A stretch of DNA of 64,000 bases, from the NCBI GenBank assembly GCA_004764695.1, contig SMSO01000037.1, positions 720,747 through 784,746 on the forward strand, read 5' to 3'. Numbering within the stretch: the first letter of the stretch is position 1; the number at the start of each line of letters is the position of its first letter. Below are positions 1-11,353 of this stretch, one piece after another. Origin of the DNA: Schizochytrium sp. TIO01 (Eukaryota > Protista > Bigyra: Labyrinthulomycetes). The notes beneath the pieces are model-generated. The model saw nothing but the letters and a program-made list of their open reading frames with translations. It was not told where the DNA came from and made no database searches. The position numbers and the translations under genes are program-made.

Positions 1-136
1 AAAGAAACTAAAAGAAACTAAAAGAAACTAAAAGAAACTAAAAGAAACTAAAAGAAACTAAAAGAAACTAAAAGAAACTAAAAGAAACTAAAAGAAACTA
101 AAAGAAACTAAAAGAAACTAAAAGAAACTAAAAGAA
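1..136. repeat. 10-bp minisatellite (AAAGAAACTA)n, 13 full copies, truncated by the window edge
   Basis: Perfect tandem copies read directly at 1-130, plus a partial unit. Confidence 0.97.
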
Positions 137-849
137 GCTCGACTACCTATTTTTAAAAGTTAAAGCTTAGAGGAGAAGAAAGAGGTTTCCTGCGGCGCCG
201 AATCCGCAGCAGAGGTCACCCCGCTCTTGAAAAGATAAACATAGCTATTAATATACGAAATCATAACTTAGCGAAGCAAGTTACTAACTTAAAAAAAGTG
301 CCGGCGGCGCCTCGAAACAGAACATGAAGAAGCCTCAGGTTCGACTTCCTTTGCAGAGCCTTGCGAATGCTTTGGACTCCGTGACGAGGGCACTTCAACG
401 CAGCATACGCTGTCCATCCGCCCACGCATTCCTCCGTTTGTCCGCGTATCCATAAAGTAAACTCGCGAGCCATCGAGGCGAAAGAGGAGTCCGCAAAAGG
501 GTTCTCACTGCTAGCCAGGCCCGTAGGCCCTGCTACGGTGATGCACGCGTGCTTTTCCCAGCTATGTTCAGACTTCTCTTTTTATTTTATTTAAAACAAG
601 TTTTTCTTTCTAAACTTTGTTTTTTAAAGCGTTAAAACATTGGTTGTTATTCTGGATCTTTCTCTCTTTATAAAGAGAGAAAAGCCTGTGGCGAAAGAGG
701 AGGAAAAGAGGGCTTTCAGTTCGCCTGTCCATCGTTTCGAATGATTCGATGGCGTCATGGACGCCCAAACGAGCAATTCAGAGCGCCGCGAGAGGAAAAG
801 GACGCCTTGCTTTCTTTATTTCTTTCTTGCTCTCTTGCTCTCTCCACGC

Positions 850-850
<1 letters not shown>

Positions 851-884
<34 letters not shown>
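851..884. repeat. (GACA)n microsatellite
   Basis: About 8 tandem GACA units. Confidence 0.9.
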
Positions 885-1740
885 TGCTTTGACAAAGAGG
901 CCGCGCGTATCCAGCCTCGCAAAGGAGCGAGCGTTTGGAGCGAGCGTTGCGGAGCCCATCTGTAGGTAGGAATCCTTTCTTTTCTAAACTTTCTACTAAA
1001 TGGATGGTGACATTCTTTCGTTGTCTCGCTTACTCTTTCATTTGACTCCGGGCTGCCTACGAGCTTGCTAGCTGGCACTAGGGGCGCTTCGCTCACTTTC
1101 ATCTTCTTGCACTATGTGGAGCTAGCTGGCTGTGAAAACTTCTTTCAGAAGCAGTGAACGTTTTAAAGTGCGTAGGGCCACATAGGAGGCGCTAGCGAAG
1201 AGAGGTCGCAAGAGAAGTACCAAGTTGGCACACGGGCATCCTTTTAGGGCTCTTGGCACTTTCAACTAAAAGAATACAAAGGTCAAATCAAAACAATTAT
1301 AATCAAATAAGTTTATTTAAAACCAAAAGTTTTGAAAAGAGTTCAAAGTTTTGGGGAAACCAACCGATTTTTTAGGTGGTAATACAGCAAAACCAACCTA
1401 TCGTAGGCGCTCATTCTCTTCATCTCGAAGAGCGCTGAAAGAGCAAATGCCAAAGACCGACGAGTTGCTTCGAGTCTACGTGCAGGTCTGCTTATAATGA
1501 TCACCGTGGTATATGGACAGGCACCATCGCCATTGACGCAAGCGCATTGCGGAGCCAAGGCAGGGCAAGTGCGGCCTCGTGAACGTTATCAGAGGGTACC
1601 TCAGTGACACGTGACGGTGCAAGTGCCATTGGCGCTTCCTTCTTCTTGGCCAATATCGCGAAGATCTGACTTGAGCTGAGGACGACTCGATATCAGAGCG
1701 ACGCTTCGGGTCAGTGAAACCGACCGTTCGCAGACCGATT

Positions 1741-1896
1741 GTTTGTTTGTTTGTTTGTTTGTTTGTTTGTTTGTTTGTTTGTTTGTTTGTTTGTTTGTTT
1801 GTTTGTTTGTTTGTTTGTTTGTTTGTTTGTTTGTTTGTTTGTTTGTTTGTTTGTTTGTTTGTTTGTTTGTTTGTTTGTTTGTTTGTTTGTTTGTTT
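1741..1896. repeat. (GTTT)n microsatellite, ~39 units
   Basis: Perfect tetranucleotide run. It accounts for the spurious FVCL/NKQT ORFs. Confidence 0.97.
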
Positions 1897-2149
1897 GGCC
1901 TCAAAGAAAAGATCATTCATTACCTGCAAGGCTGACAAAGCGAAGAAATCGAGGCAACGCTCTGCAATCCCGTCTGTCGCGCTGATTGACCTGCCATAGC
2001 GGCTCCATCCGTTTCACTAAACCCTTCTTAACTCATGTGCCACGCATAACAGCCATCTTCACATCATGAGTATCACGTGAGGACATCTCGAGCTGACTTC
2101 TTTCCCAGAACAAGAGCTCTGATTATTCAATTAAGATACTGCGGACTTT

Positions 2150-2262
2150 CATCCCTTCATTCCTTCATTCATCATCCATTCACCATTCACCATTCATTCA
2201 TTCATCAAGTAATTAATCAAGTAATTAATCAAGTAATTAATTAATTAATTAATTGATTGATT
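2150..2262. repeat. Compound low-complexity repeat (CATT-like, TCAAGTAATTAA x3, TTAA/TTGA)
   Basis: Directly visible tandem units. Confidence 0.8.
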
Positions 2263-3431
2263 TTAATTTACAACAACGCTGAAGAGAATTGAAAGAGAAT
2301 TGAGAGAGACGGATTATACAACTAACAAGTAACAAACAACCTGGAAAGAGAAACTAAGTAAAGTACCCACAAGCGCGTGGTACCTGCGAGCACAAGAACC
2401 AAGAAAGATTGCAGCGACGATAGGACAGCCATTCGAGAGCACGCTAGCTCTCCAGGGAGCGGTCGCAGCGCTGTAGGGTCTGCGGCTCTGGGCCGAGCGA
2501 GGAGCTAGCTTCGGAAGCCTCCCGACCGACGCCAGACAGCCAGTGAGTGAGTGGGTGGGTCGAGGCGGCCTCCAGCTTTTCTGTTCCATCCCTCTCGAGC
2601 CTAAGGAAAGTCTCCTTTGTTTGCCCCTTTTCAATTTTACTTTTAACCGTATAACATTTTAAAAGTAAACAGAAGAAATATATCCACTTAAAATAAAATA
2701 TTCCAAGGAAAGTGTTGCTGTTCCGTGTTCTATTTTGTTTCATAAATTCGAAATTCTGGTGTACCGCAGCAGGGTCATTGCTGGCTACTACTATAGAACT
2801 GCATAGGCACCCACTGCTACCAGGGAGCAGAAAGAAGAGGACACTTGACCCATGGACAATGAATTAATTTGGGCAATTTGAGGCTTTCGCTCGAAAGCTC
2901 CAACGCGGAAGGGACCGAGAGGGACCGATACGCCCTGCGGCCGATCTTGGAGAGAGCACGGCGCTGATTCTGCGCAGTTTCCCGCGGCTGCCGCCATGCA
3001 TTCTCTGGCGAGGGTGGGCTCGGAATCAAGGAATTCGAGCGCCAAGGAAGGAAGATCGCCAACATCGTTTTGCATTCAATTAATGAATGAATTCATTGAT
3101 TAATTCATTCGACCCGGTCCCTTTTCCCTTGGATTCTATCTTTCCATTCAATCCCTCAAAATTAGAACTTCTCAATCCAAAACAGAAGAAGAAGAGGACA
3201 AAAAGAAGAAGACATAGATACGTAGGTACATATGATGGTCACAGAGAAGACGGGTGTTGGAGCCAATCTATCACTCGAAACGACGCTTCAACCGCTCAGT
3301 TCTGTGTATGTATGTATCGCATCAGACCCGTCTCCGCTCGCTAGCGACCTGGCTACGCGAATGCCTACGCCTCGCCAGGCCTTCGTCCTCCTCCTTCTCA
3401 GCAGTCTTCCCTCGAAAGGCCTTCGTTCTGA

Positions 3432-3434
<3 letters not shown>

Positions 3435-3467
<33 letters not shown>

Positions 3468-3566
3468 CTGCTATTGTCGCTGCCGCGTTGAAAGGCGCCT
3501 CACTCATCTCTCAAGTCTCATGTCCACGCGTGTCTGTCTGTCTGTCTGTCTGCCTGTCTGTCTGTC
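3435..3566. repeat. (CT)n and (GTCT)n microsatellites
   Basis: CT run at ~3435-3465 and GTCT run at ~3532-3566. Confidence 0.85.
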
Positions 3567-4039
3567 CTGAGTGAGCGATGCATGTGCCATCCATGGAAGC
3601 GCAAGGCCATCTGAAATCGATCCCAACTCCAACAGAGAACAGGCGAGACCCTAAAAAGAACAGCACCTTGGAAAAGAACAGCACATTGAACAAGAACAGA
3701 ACAAGAACAAGATCTTGGTCGTTTCCACGAGGACGACGGAGGGAGCGTCTGCGCGAGGCGAGAGGGCGCGGAGGCAGAGCAGGGCCAGGCTGCGGCTGCT
3801 CGTAGCTGCTCGCACGCACGCACGCTCGCTCGCTCGTCCACGCGGATTCCGAGCGGATTCCTGAGGTGCTGCTCGGCGCCTCAGTTCCAAAGTGGTTTCC
3901 AGGAATCGCGATGGCACTTCTTCTCTCTCTTTTTCTTCTCTTTCTCCACGAAGTGGTTCTTTCATGATGGTCGAATATTGATATTGAGAGAGAAATTGAT
4001 CTCTGTTTATCTGTCTGTTTAGTTTCCGCAGAGAATTGC

Positions 4040-4116
4040 AATGAATGAATGAATGGATGGATGGATGGATGGATGGATGAATGAATGAATGAATGAATGA
4101 ATGAATGGATGAATGG
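4040..4116. repeat. Compound (ATGA)/(ATGG) microsatellite
   Basis: Directly visible tandem units. Confidence 0.9.
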
Positions 4117-5867
4117 CAAATGATAATGATACCTTCGTACGTACAAATTTGAAAACCCCTTTTTACTTTAAATAAATACATAAATAAATTTAAAATAAAT
4201 AAACATGTTTGAATTTAGGATTTTGAGGAATATAAGTAGAAATGGAACTGGATATTAAAAGTGGAATTGATGGAGGGAATGGGCAAGATAAAAGGTCGAG
4301 CACATATTCCGTATCAGGGCGATGATGACGCAGAAACTGTCCCGCGCGAACAGGACTCGAGACTCCGAATCGAGTTTGTGGCATATTTGTTCGATAATAC
4401 ATCAATACATCAATACATCATCATCATAGAAAGAAACGGAAGCACTTGCACGGCATAGAAACCAGTTAACCTCAGTTCATAAGTAAATTTACTTTTATAA
4501 ATAACATAGGAAAGTAAGTGCATGATCATTTTGTGCAAAACAAAAGCGAAGAATTGGCGAATTCGACATCGCCTCAAAAACTGTCTTTTTTCTCCAAAAT
4601 AGAAGTTGACATTGGAGCAGCAAACAAAACCCTTCGAAGCTGCACAGCAATTCTGGAAAGGAGCCTTTGCAAGGATTGGACCGCAAGAGACGGATGGATA
4701 GAAGTACTGGCGCCAACTTTTGAGCAGTTTCCTCCTTTCGTCGCATCGGGAGCTTCCCAGATCTGCTTGTTTTTAGTATATAAAAGTAAATTTGCCGTGT
4801 TTTGGAATCAGCACAGACACGAGAGTTTTGACCTTTTTTACTTACTGACCCCTATGAATTAAAAAATAAAAAACTTAAAAAACTTTTAAAAAAACTTAAA
4901 AAAACTAAATATATAATTAAGAAACTTACTTTAAATTAAAAATATAGAATGGAAAGTAGAAAACGCCTCTTTACTGCGAAGCTTTTTTGGAAAGAACTAT
5001 TGAGTTGTTTGCGCAAGATACTCAACGATAGGAGGATCAACCATCTTCTTGACCGATAAAGGTATGCATGCATGAGCCATCATTGAAAAGTTGAGATTTC
5101 ATCGCAAGCTTGAAAAAGGAAGAGTGTGCTCGAATCAGTATTCTACTCTTAAAAACTGGCTAGACACCGAAGGCCGATCTATATAAGCAGTCAAGTAAGC
5201 AAACACTTTCTCTTTTTTTTTTTTCTTTTTTTTTCTTTTTCACAAAATTGAAATTGGAGGAGTAAGTACCTGCGAACTATGTCAGATTTCTTTCAGTCAA
5301 TGTTTGGAAGGAGTTGAACCAACAGACAATCTGAATGATATGAATTAAATAACAGGTATATGAGCTATTTTTAATCTCAAAAGAAGAAGGAAAAAAGAAG
5401 AAGGAGAAAGGTCTCTAGAGTATGATTTCCACCTTTTTCAAAATAAACTTTTTCTTCAGAATTAAAAAAAGGAGACACTAATTCTCATAGACTAAAATAG
5501 AAAAATTAAAAAGGACATGCCTGGGAAAAAGAAAGCGCATTGGAACTATGATCAGAATTGATCAATACTACCCGGTACAAATGTCACTAGAATTTCCGGT
5601 AGCGGCGTGCCAACCTCGAGGCTCTCGGCAGCTCGTGCGCCGCTCGTGCAGTGACAAGAGCAAATTCGAGGCGCCAGCAAATCCAAAACTCGAATCGCGA
5701 AACGAGCAAAACTCCAAGGAGCTGCAAATCTGCAAAGCACCCTACGGACTGGAATTCCCAGTTGCAAGGTGGGGGTTATCAATCAAACAGCATCGTAAGG
5801 CGAAACAATATATATATAGATATAGATATATTTGAAGCACGACTAAGAACCAAAGTACAAATTCAAG

Positions 5868-7526
5868 ATGTCCGATGAAACGCCACCCTTCGCCTTGGGC
5901 GGCAGCATGGCACTCGTGTCGTCGTTCTCGACGCTCTTCGTGTTCATGTGGATTGGACACATTATCCGCGAATACATCTCGTGCACACGCCGGTTCATGC
6001 TACCCGCGTCGCTCATTGGTGGTCTCTTGGCCCTCATGTTCGTACAGCTTTGTACTCTAAACGACACAGTTTATGCTGTTGTCGAGAGCGACTGGATCGA
6101 CGGATGGTCCAGCATGCCCGGTTTCCTCATCAACATCATTTTCGCCACGCTCTTCATGGGTAAGTCTGTGCCCAGCGTCCGTGAAATCTGGGACACTGCG
6201 GCTCCCCAAATTGCATATGGATGGGTTATCGCATGGGGCAACTGGTTCTGGGCGTGCCTCTTTTGCGGAATTCTCTTCATTCCTGCATGGCACACCAACG
6301 TTCTCTTTGGCTCCCTTGGCCCCGTTGGTACTCAGGGTGGTCACGGTACAGCTGCTGGTGTAACAAACTCTTACACGGCTCTTGGCTTCCCTGAAGGTGG
6401 TGATCTCGGTATCACTGCTGCCACAGTTGGCATTCTCTTTGGTGTCATTGTCGGTACGATCTTGTGTAACATTGCCAACTACATGGGTTGGTCGCGTATG
6501 TCATACCTTCTTCGTATGAAGGAGGAGGGCGACATTGAAGGCGACGCCCACATCGAAACCACCAGCAGCCGTAGTAGCTCTGCTGAGCAGATCAAGGATG
6601 CCCCCCAGCATGTGAGCCCGGAGACCAAGTCTTCAGGAAACCCAATGCACGACGAGAGCTTTGCCGAAAACGATTCTCGCCAGACTGTGAAAGAGGATGG
6701 TGTTGAGGTCCGCTCATGGCGCCAACGCGCTATGATTCCTGAGTCTGAGCGCGTCCCCGGTGCCTACATTGTCGTCTCCAGTGATGCCATCGAATCCCTC
6801 GCACTGCACTTTGCCTACCTTGGCGTAGTTTTGATGCTTGCATACTGGACCAAGCGTGCTTTGATTGCTCTTGAGACGCTCAACGACTGGCTTACCCAGT
6901 ACTCATTCTTTTCTGGGTTCCCGCTCTTCCCTATGTGTCTGCTCTGGGGTCTTGCCCTTCAGGTCTTCTTCGACAAGTACTGCCAAGGTAACTCCCCTCT
7001 TGATCGTGGCATGATGGAACGCATCTCTGGCCTCGCTCTTGATGTGCTCGTGCTCACTGCTGTTGCCACCACTAACCTTCAGGTTGTCGCAGATAACATT
7101 GCCCCTCTCATGATTGTGCTCTTTGTCATCCTCTTCTGGCAGCTATTCTGCTTCTTTGTGTTGGCACCCATGATGCTCCCGAACTACTGGGTCGAGCGTG
7201 CTCTCCCCGAGTTTGGAACAAGTACTGCTACCACTTCCATTGGTCTCATGCTTTTGCGCATTGTTGATCCTCAGTACGAAACCCCTGCCGCCAAGGCCTT
7301 TGCAGCCAAGCAGCTCATTACAGAGCCCTTCCTAGGTGGTGGTGTCTGGACTTCCCTTGCCCTTCCCCTGATCGTTTCTGTTGGCAACTTTGCTGTTATG
7401 GGTATCTCTGCCGGTGTTATGCTCTTCTTTATGGGCCTCTGGTTCTTCCTTCTTCGTCGTCAGAAGGAGGGTCCTATGCTTCGCTGGAAGTTCGATGCCC
7501 GCTATGACCGTCTTGAGGGCGAGTAA
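5868..7526 (+). CDS. gltS: Sodium/glutamate symporter, GltS (ESS) family, 552 aa polytopic membrane protein
   Basis: LPASLIGGLL, the GGHGTAAG re-entrant loop motif and GLMLLRIVDP...AFAAKQLITEPFLGGG, as in bacterial/cyanobacterial GltS. About 11-12 hydrophobic segments, a hydrophilic central insert and strong C/T-ending codon bias. Confidence 0.88.
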   Translation: MSDETPPFALGGSMALVSSFSTLFVFMWIGHIIREYISCTRRFMLPASLIGGLLALMFVQLCTLNDTVYAVVESDWIDGWSSMPGFLINIIFATLFMGKSVPSVREIWDTAAPQIAYGWVIAWGNWFWACLFCGILFIPAWHTNVLFGSLGPVGTQGGHGTAAGVTNSYTALGFPEGGDLGITAATVGILFGVIVGTILCNIANYMGWSRMSYLLRMKEEGDIEGDAHIETTSSRSSSAEQIKDAPQHVSPETKSSGNPMHDESFAENDSRQTVKEDGVEVRSWRQRAMIPESERVPGAYIVVSSDAIESLALHFAYLGVVLMLAYWTKRALIALETLNDWLTQYSFFSGFPLFPMCLLWGLALQVFFDKYCQGNSPLDRGMMERISGLALDVLVLTAVATTNLQVVADNIAPLMIVLFVILFWQLFCFFVLAPMMLPNYWVERALPEFGTSTATTSIGLMLLRIVDPQYETPAAKAFAAKQLITEPFLGGGVWTSLALPLIVSVGNFAVMGISAGVMLFFMGLWFFLLRRQKEGPMLRWKFDARYDRLEGE

Positions 7527-9058
7527 ATCTATTTATGATTCTACTACTCCATATTGCAAACTCAATCTGATGGGATTGAATGAGTGTTTCCCGCTCAGCT
7601 CAAATCACCAGTATTTTCAGGCTCATCTATCCTCCGTATCTTTTCTTTTTATTTCCATTCCAGTTCCAGACCTACATCACATGCATACCCACTTCACACA
7701 TCAAGCACTCCAGTTGTAATAATATCCATCCCAAAATTCGATGGTATTCCAATCACCCAAAGGTGCTGATATATCGTTCTGTAAACCGTTAAAATAACAC
7801 CAAATTATATCTTAATATTATGACTTGAATTACTCATGTTTGTTTATCTCTTCTCGAACGCGAACTCAGTCCCAGATCGAGAAATGCCTCATTTAGTCTA
7901 CAGGAAATAAAGGTACACCGGTCTGGTTTTTACATAGATACTTTGAAACTGTTGATTCCAGCATCCAGAATGTCTTCACACGGGTGACCTAAATGAACTT
8001 ACATTGCATAAACTGCTGGGTCGTGTCTTGCATGAGACCTAATTTCATGAAAGTGCAACGAACCGAACAGTAAATACTCATCAGTTTAACAAGAAAGCCG
8101 CATAAAACGTGTTTCCTAGGTCAAAAAATGATTGGAAGGACATGTTCAAAACGTGTTTTTTTTTTTTTTAATAAATCTCAAGAACAAAAGGCAGTTTCAG
8201 CCGCACTTATATCACAGTAAAAGCGAGAGATCTATAAGCTGAGAGTTGAAGTAGGAGCTAATACTCGGTGCTGCAAAGCTTATTGTTATTGTTGTTGTTG
8301 TTGCTGCTGCTGCTGCTCCTGTAAGGATACAAAACTTTATAGCCACGTTAGTGAATTACTATGGTTTTATAGTAGAGACTCTTGTGAAATTTGAAGCTAT
8401 GGTACCTTGTGGAAAACGGGGCTTTTTAATTTATTCAAAAAAATATCTCTTCGAACGTTTTTGTCACACTATATTTATCAATCGAATTTCGACGATTGTG
8501 AAAGTAGACAGGGATAAGCTTCATAGAGTGTATTTTATTTCATATATCACTAAATCCAGAGGAAGCTAGACTTATCTTCTTCTCATTCGACCACATAGCG
8601 CACCCTGCACCTAAAGTCACTTTAGACCTGAAACGAAGTCATATAAAACCCCTAAAATAGAACAATAAGAACAATAAGAACAACAAGAGATAAAAACCTC
8701 CTTTTCTTTTTAATGTTCTCTGTTCTTTTATAAATGATTGCATTTTTATAAAATTTTAAACCTCAAAAGTAAAAATTGTGAAGAAAAGGTAACATGCAAA
8801 AAAAAAAACACAAAAAAAATATTTGGAAAGGGCTCTGATTGAAGAAAGATAAATCATATTATACTTTTATACACGAAGATGCACTAATGTTCACACGGAC
8901 AATTATTTTACCTTGAAACCTTGTTTAAAAGCTTGGCATCTACTTCGTTTAACACATCACTATTCAAAACATTGCAAAGGACTACGTCCGGATAAGGCTC
9001 TCTACAAATTACAGAAAGAAAAAAATGGCAAAGAGAAACGTATTGGACCTCTGTTTAT

Positions 9059-10234
9059 TCAACGTCCGAAAAGTAGTACTGCATCTTGGGTAGAGCTTGG
9101 GTGAGATTCGATCTGCAAATCTCGTAGAAACCGAGCAAAATTACCCTCAAACTCAGATGGCCAGTTCACTAAAATTGGTCCCCCCCCGCGACATAGGGAT
9201 ATGAGAATACGAAGACAGTGGAAATGAAGGTCAACTGATACAGAGTGAAGGACGCCAAGACAAACCACCGCGTCGAAAGATTTATAAGGAAACTTTGTAA
9301 AAATTTCTGCAAGATTCGCATGCACAAACCCTGCACGTTCAAGTTCATCCTCTTCCTCCACACCAAAGGCTGCTGCAGCTTTCTCCAAGGTCGTTGCCGA
9401 CACATCAGCACTAGTTACATCGTAGGTTAGACTGCTTAAAGCAGCTCTTACAGGTGCATGCGGTCCACATCCCATTTCTAGTACCTTCATCCTCTGATCA
9501 GTGCTATTCGCAGAAACATCTGTTGTCCGCGATATGAGCCTATTCATGAAAGCTTTCCATGGCTCAGATTCTGCTGAGTAGCAGTGTGAAAATTCTAATT
9601 GCTTCAAATCTGACTCGCGGATCTCCTTGCGCTGGCCTGGTCTTAAAGGTGGTGGGACATAGGCATGGTGCAAACGTAGGGTATACTCCTCCAATGGCTC
9701 CATCTGAAGTAGATCTTGTGCAGGCTCTGTTTTGATATAGATAAAGCACGAGGTAGTCTGTTCGCAATCTTGAGAGTCTACTGTTGAAGTTTTAGCTGCC
9801 ATCCCCGACTTCTCATTTATAGAGGTTAGAGTCGAAGTTGAGCTTGATGTTTCTGCAGCTTGCGGACACGAATGTATTTTCACAAGCGTCTCGCGCCGGT
9901 GATAATGGTGTGGGACACCTTCAATGCGATCAAGTTCTGCCAAGGTAGGGTTGTCCACCTCATACACCTCTCCGCGTACAAGGCACGTCTTGGCCCCCGC
10001 TGGGTCCTGCATGAACGGGATCATGTTGGGGCCACCTACAGCCATGTGCAAGCGCTCCGCGCAAGTCGCACCTCCTACGAACCGAGCCAAGCTCGCGGCA
10101 GAGAGGAACTGATGGTTATAGAACCCCTTCTTCAAAGTTCCATACACAAATACCCGCGAAAGGCCGCCTTCTGCTGCCATTGTGCTCTCAGCTTCTTCGT
10201 TGTTGTCGAATTGATTGATCTTGAAGTTATGCAT
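9059..10234 (-). CDS. Fusion of an N-terminal gamma-glutamylcyclotransferase (AIG2-like/GGACT) domain and a C-terminal class I SAM-dependent methyltransferase
   Basis: RVFVYGTLKKGFYNH and VRGEVYEV...LDRIEG (GGACT fold, catalytic Glu). KVLEMGCG (motif I), VTSADVS and SFDAVVCLGVLH (methyltransferase motifs). First ATG is at 10234, with an alternative start MAAEGG at 10180. Confidence 0.85.
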   Translation of the reverse strand: MHNFKINQFDNNEEAESTMAAEGGLSRVFVYGTLKKGFYNHQFLSAASLARFVGGATCAERLHMAVGGPNMIPFMQDPAGAKTCLVRGEVYEVDNPTLAELDRIEGVPHHYHRRETLVKIHSCPQAAETSSSTSTLTSINEKSGMAAKTSTVDSQDCEQTTSCFIYIKTEPAQDLLQMEPLEEYTLRLHHAYVPPPLRPGQRKEIRESDLKQLEFSHCYSAESEPWKAFMNRLISRTTDVSANSTDQRMKVLEMGCGPHAPVRAALSSLTYDVTSADVSATTLEKAAAAFGVEEEDELERAGFVHANLAEIFTKFPYKSFDAVVCLGVLHSVSVDLHFHCLRILISLCRGGGPILVNWPSEFEGNFARFLRDLQIESHPSSTQDAVLLFGR

Positions 10235-10818
10235 TCGCCTTTTTTCTATTACCAATGTATCTACAAATCATATGGTTAAGTGAGGTAACAATAGTACATA
10301 TTCGAACGATGCGATGGCTTCTAGGACCGACAAGGCAACTAACTCAATTCCTTTCGCTTGCTACCTACACGGTAGCTAGGCATTTCATACTTTGATACTA
10401 AAGTAACCCACAAAAAACACAATGCCAGCCGTCATTTATTACCTTTGATACCTATGAGAACTGGGGACAACCTTAAAGGTCCTCTTCATGGTCAACCATT
10501 GCCGATCAACGTGCTCGTTCAAGTTGAAACCCAAAAGTTGAATAGATTCTCAGTAGTTCTGTGGTCATCCTTCCCTGCAGGGTACTGGCAACGAAGTGTA
10601 TCAATTTGAGCATCCTCAAGTTGCATCACTTTCTCGGTGTTTTGCAGCTCGACCTTGGGCGACAGAAACGAATATGTATGCTCGAAATACATCCTCAAAA
10701 CAAGGTCCTCGCATTCCATCCAATCGCCTCTTCAGCTGCATTGACCGCCACGTTGGTGTTCTACTCGCCAACCTCTGCTGTGGCTTGGTTTCGCTGAGTT
10801 TGCGTGCAATTGAGAGGC

Positions 10819-10833
10819 AGTAGGTACTACCTG
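10819..10833. promoter_or_regulatory. Candidate palindromic cis-element AGTAGGTACTACCTG in a divergent promoter region
   Basis: Identical 15-mer at 25140-25154 and the 13-mer core at 58496-58508. Core palindrome AGGTA-N-TACCT. All copies are intergenic. Confidence 0.35.
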
Positions 10834-11353
10834 TGCAGCTTACTTTGTCATCAATTCATTCATTGCACATGAATAAAAATGCGGACAAGAAACAAATTAG
10901 ATTGAAAGTACACTGTTTACAAAGTCTTTTACGATAATCGATTACAAAACATTATCATTGAAAATACACCAAATGCGTTCAGCGATTCGCAAAGATCGTC
11001 GAACCGGTAGTGGTCTATTTAGTAGAAACTGTAGCATATTGGTTGATTTCTAAAAATGGTTGACAACTCATCGATTCTCAAATAGTAATTCGCAGTACAT
11101 AGCGATAGAGAAAGGCCTAGCCAACAGGTGACATCTCAGCAGCAGCGACTTCTGTGACCTCAGCCATGGTAAATCGTGAACGCAGACGGTGCTGCGGAAG
11201 ACGCTCAGCTGCAGCTCGCACTGAGAAGAACAGCGCCACAGTATCTCTCGGTTGCTGTTCTTAAGGGGGAACTTCAAGGTGGATCTACTTCGAGGGCTCG
11301 GGTAGCAGATTGCCTTTGCATTGAGGGCAACTGAGGGCCCTTGGAGACGTGCG

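Noticed and set aside
1-136. Telomere or CRISPR array
   Set aside because: It is a spacer-less 10-mer tandem repeat with no G-rich telomere-type unit and no cas genes, so a simple minisatellite.
1476-1999. ORFs with FVCL/NKQT repeats (also 60698-61041)
   Set aside because: They are translation artefacts of GTTT/AAAC microsatellites.
3511-4181. 211-aa and 176-aa minus-strand ORFs
   Set aside because: They are held open largely by microsatellites (HSFI, QTDR repeats) and have no domain signal.
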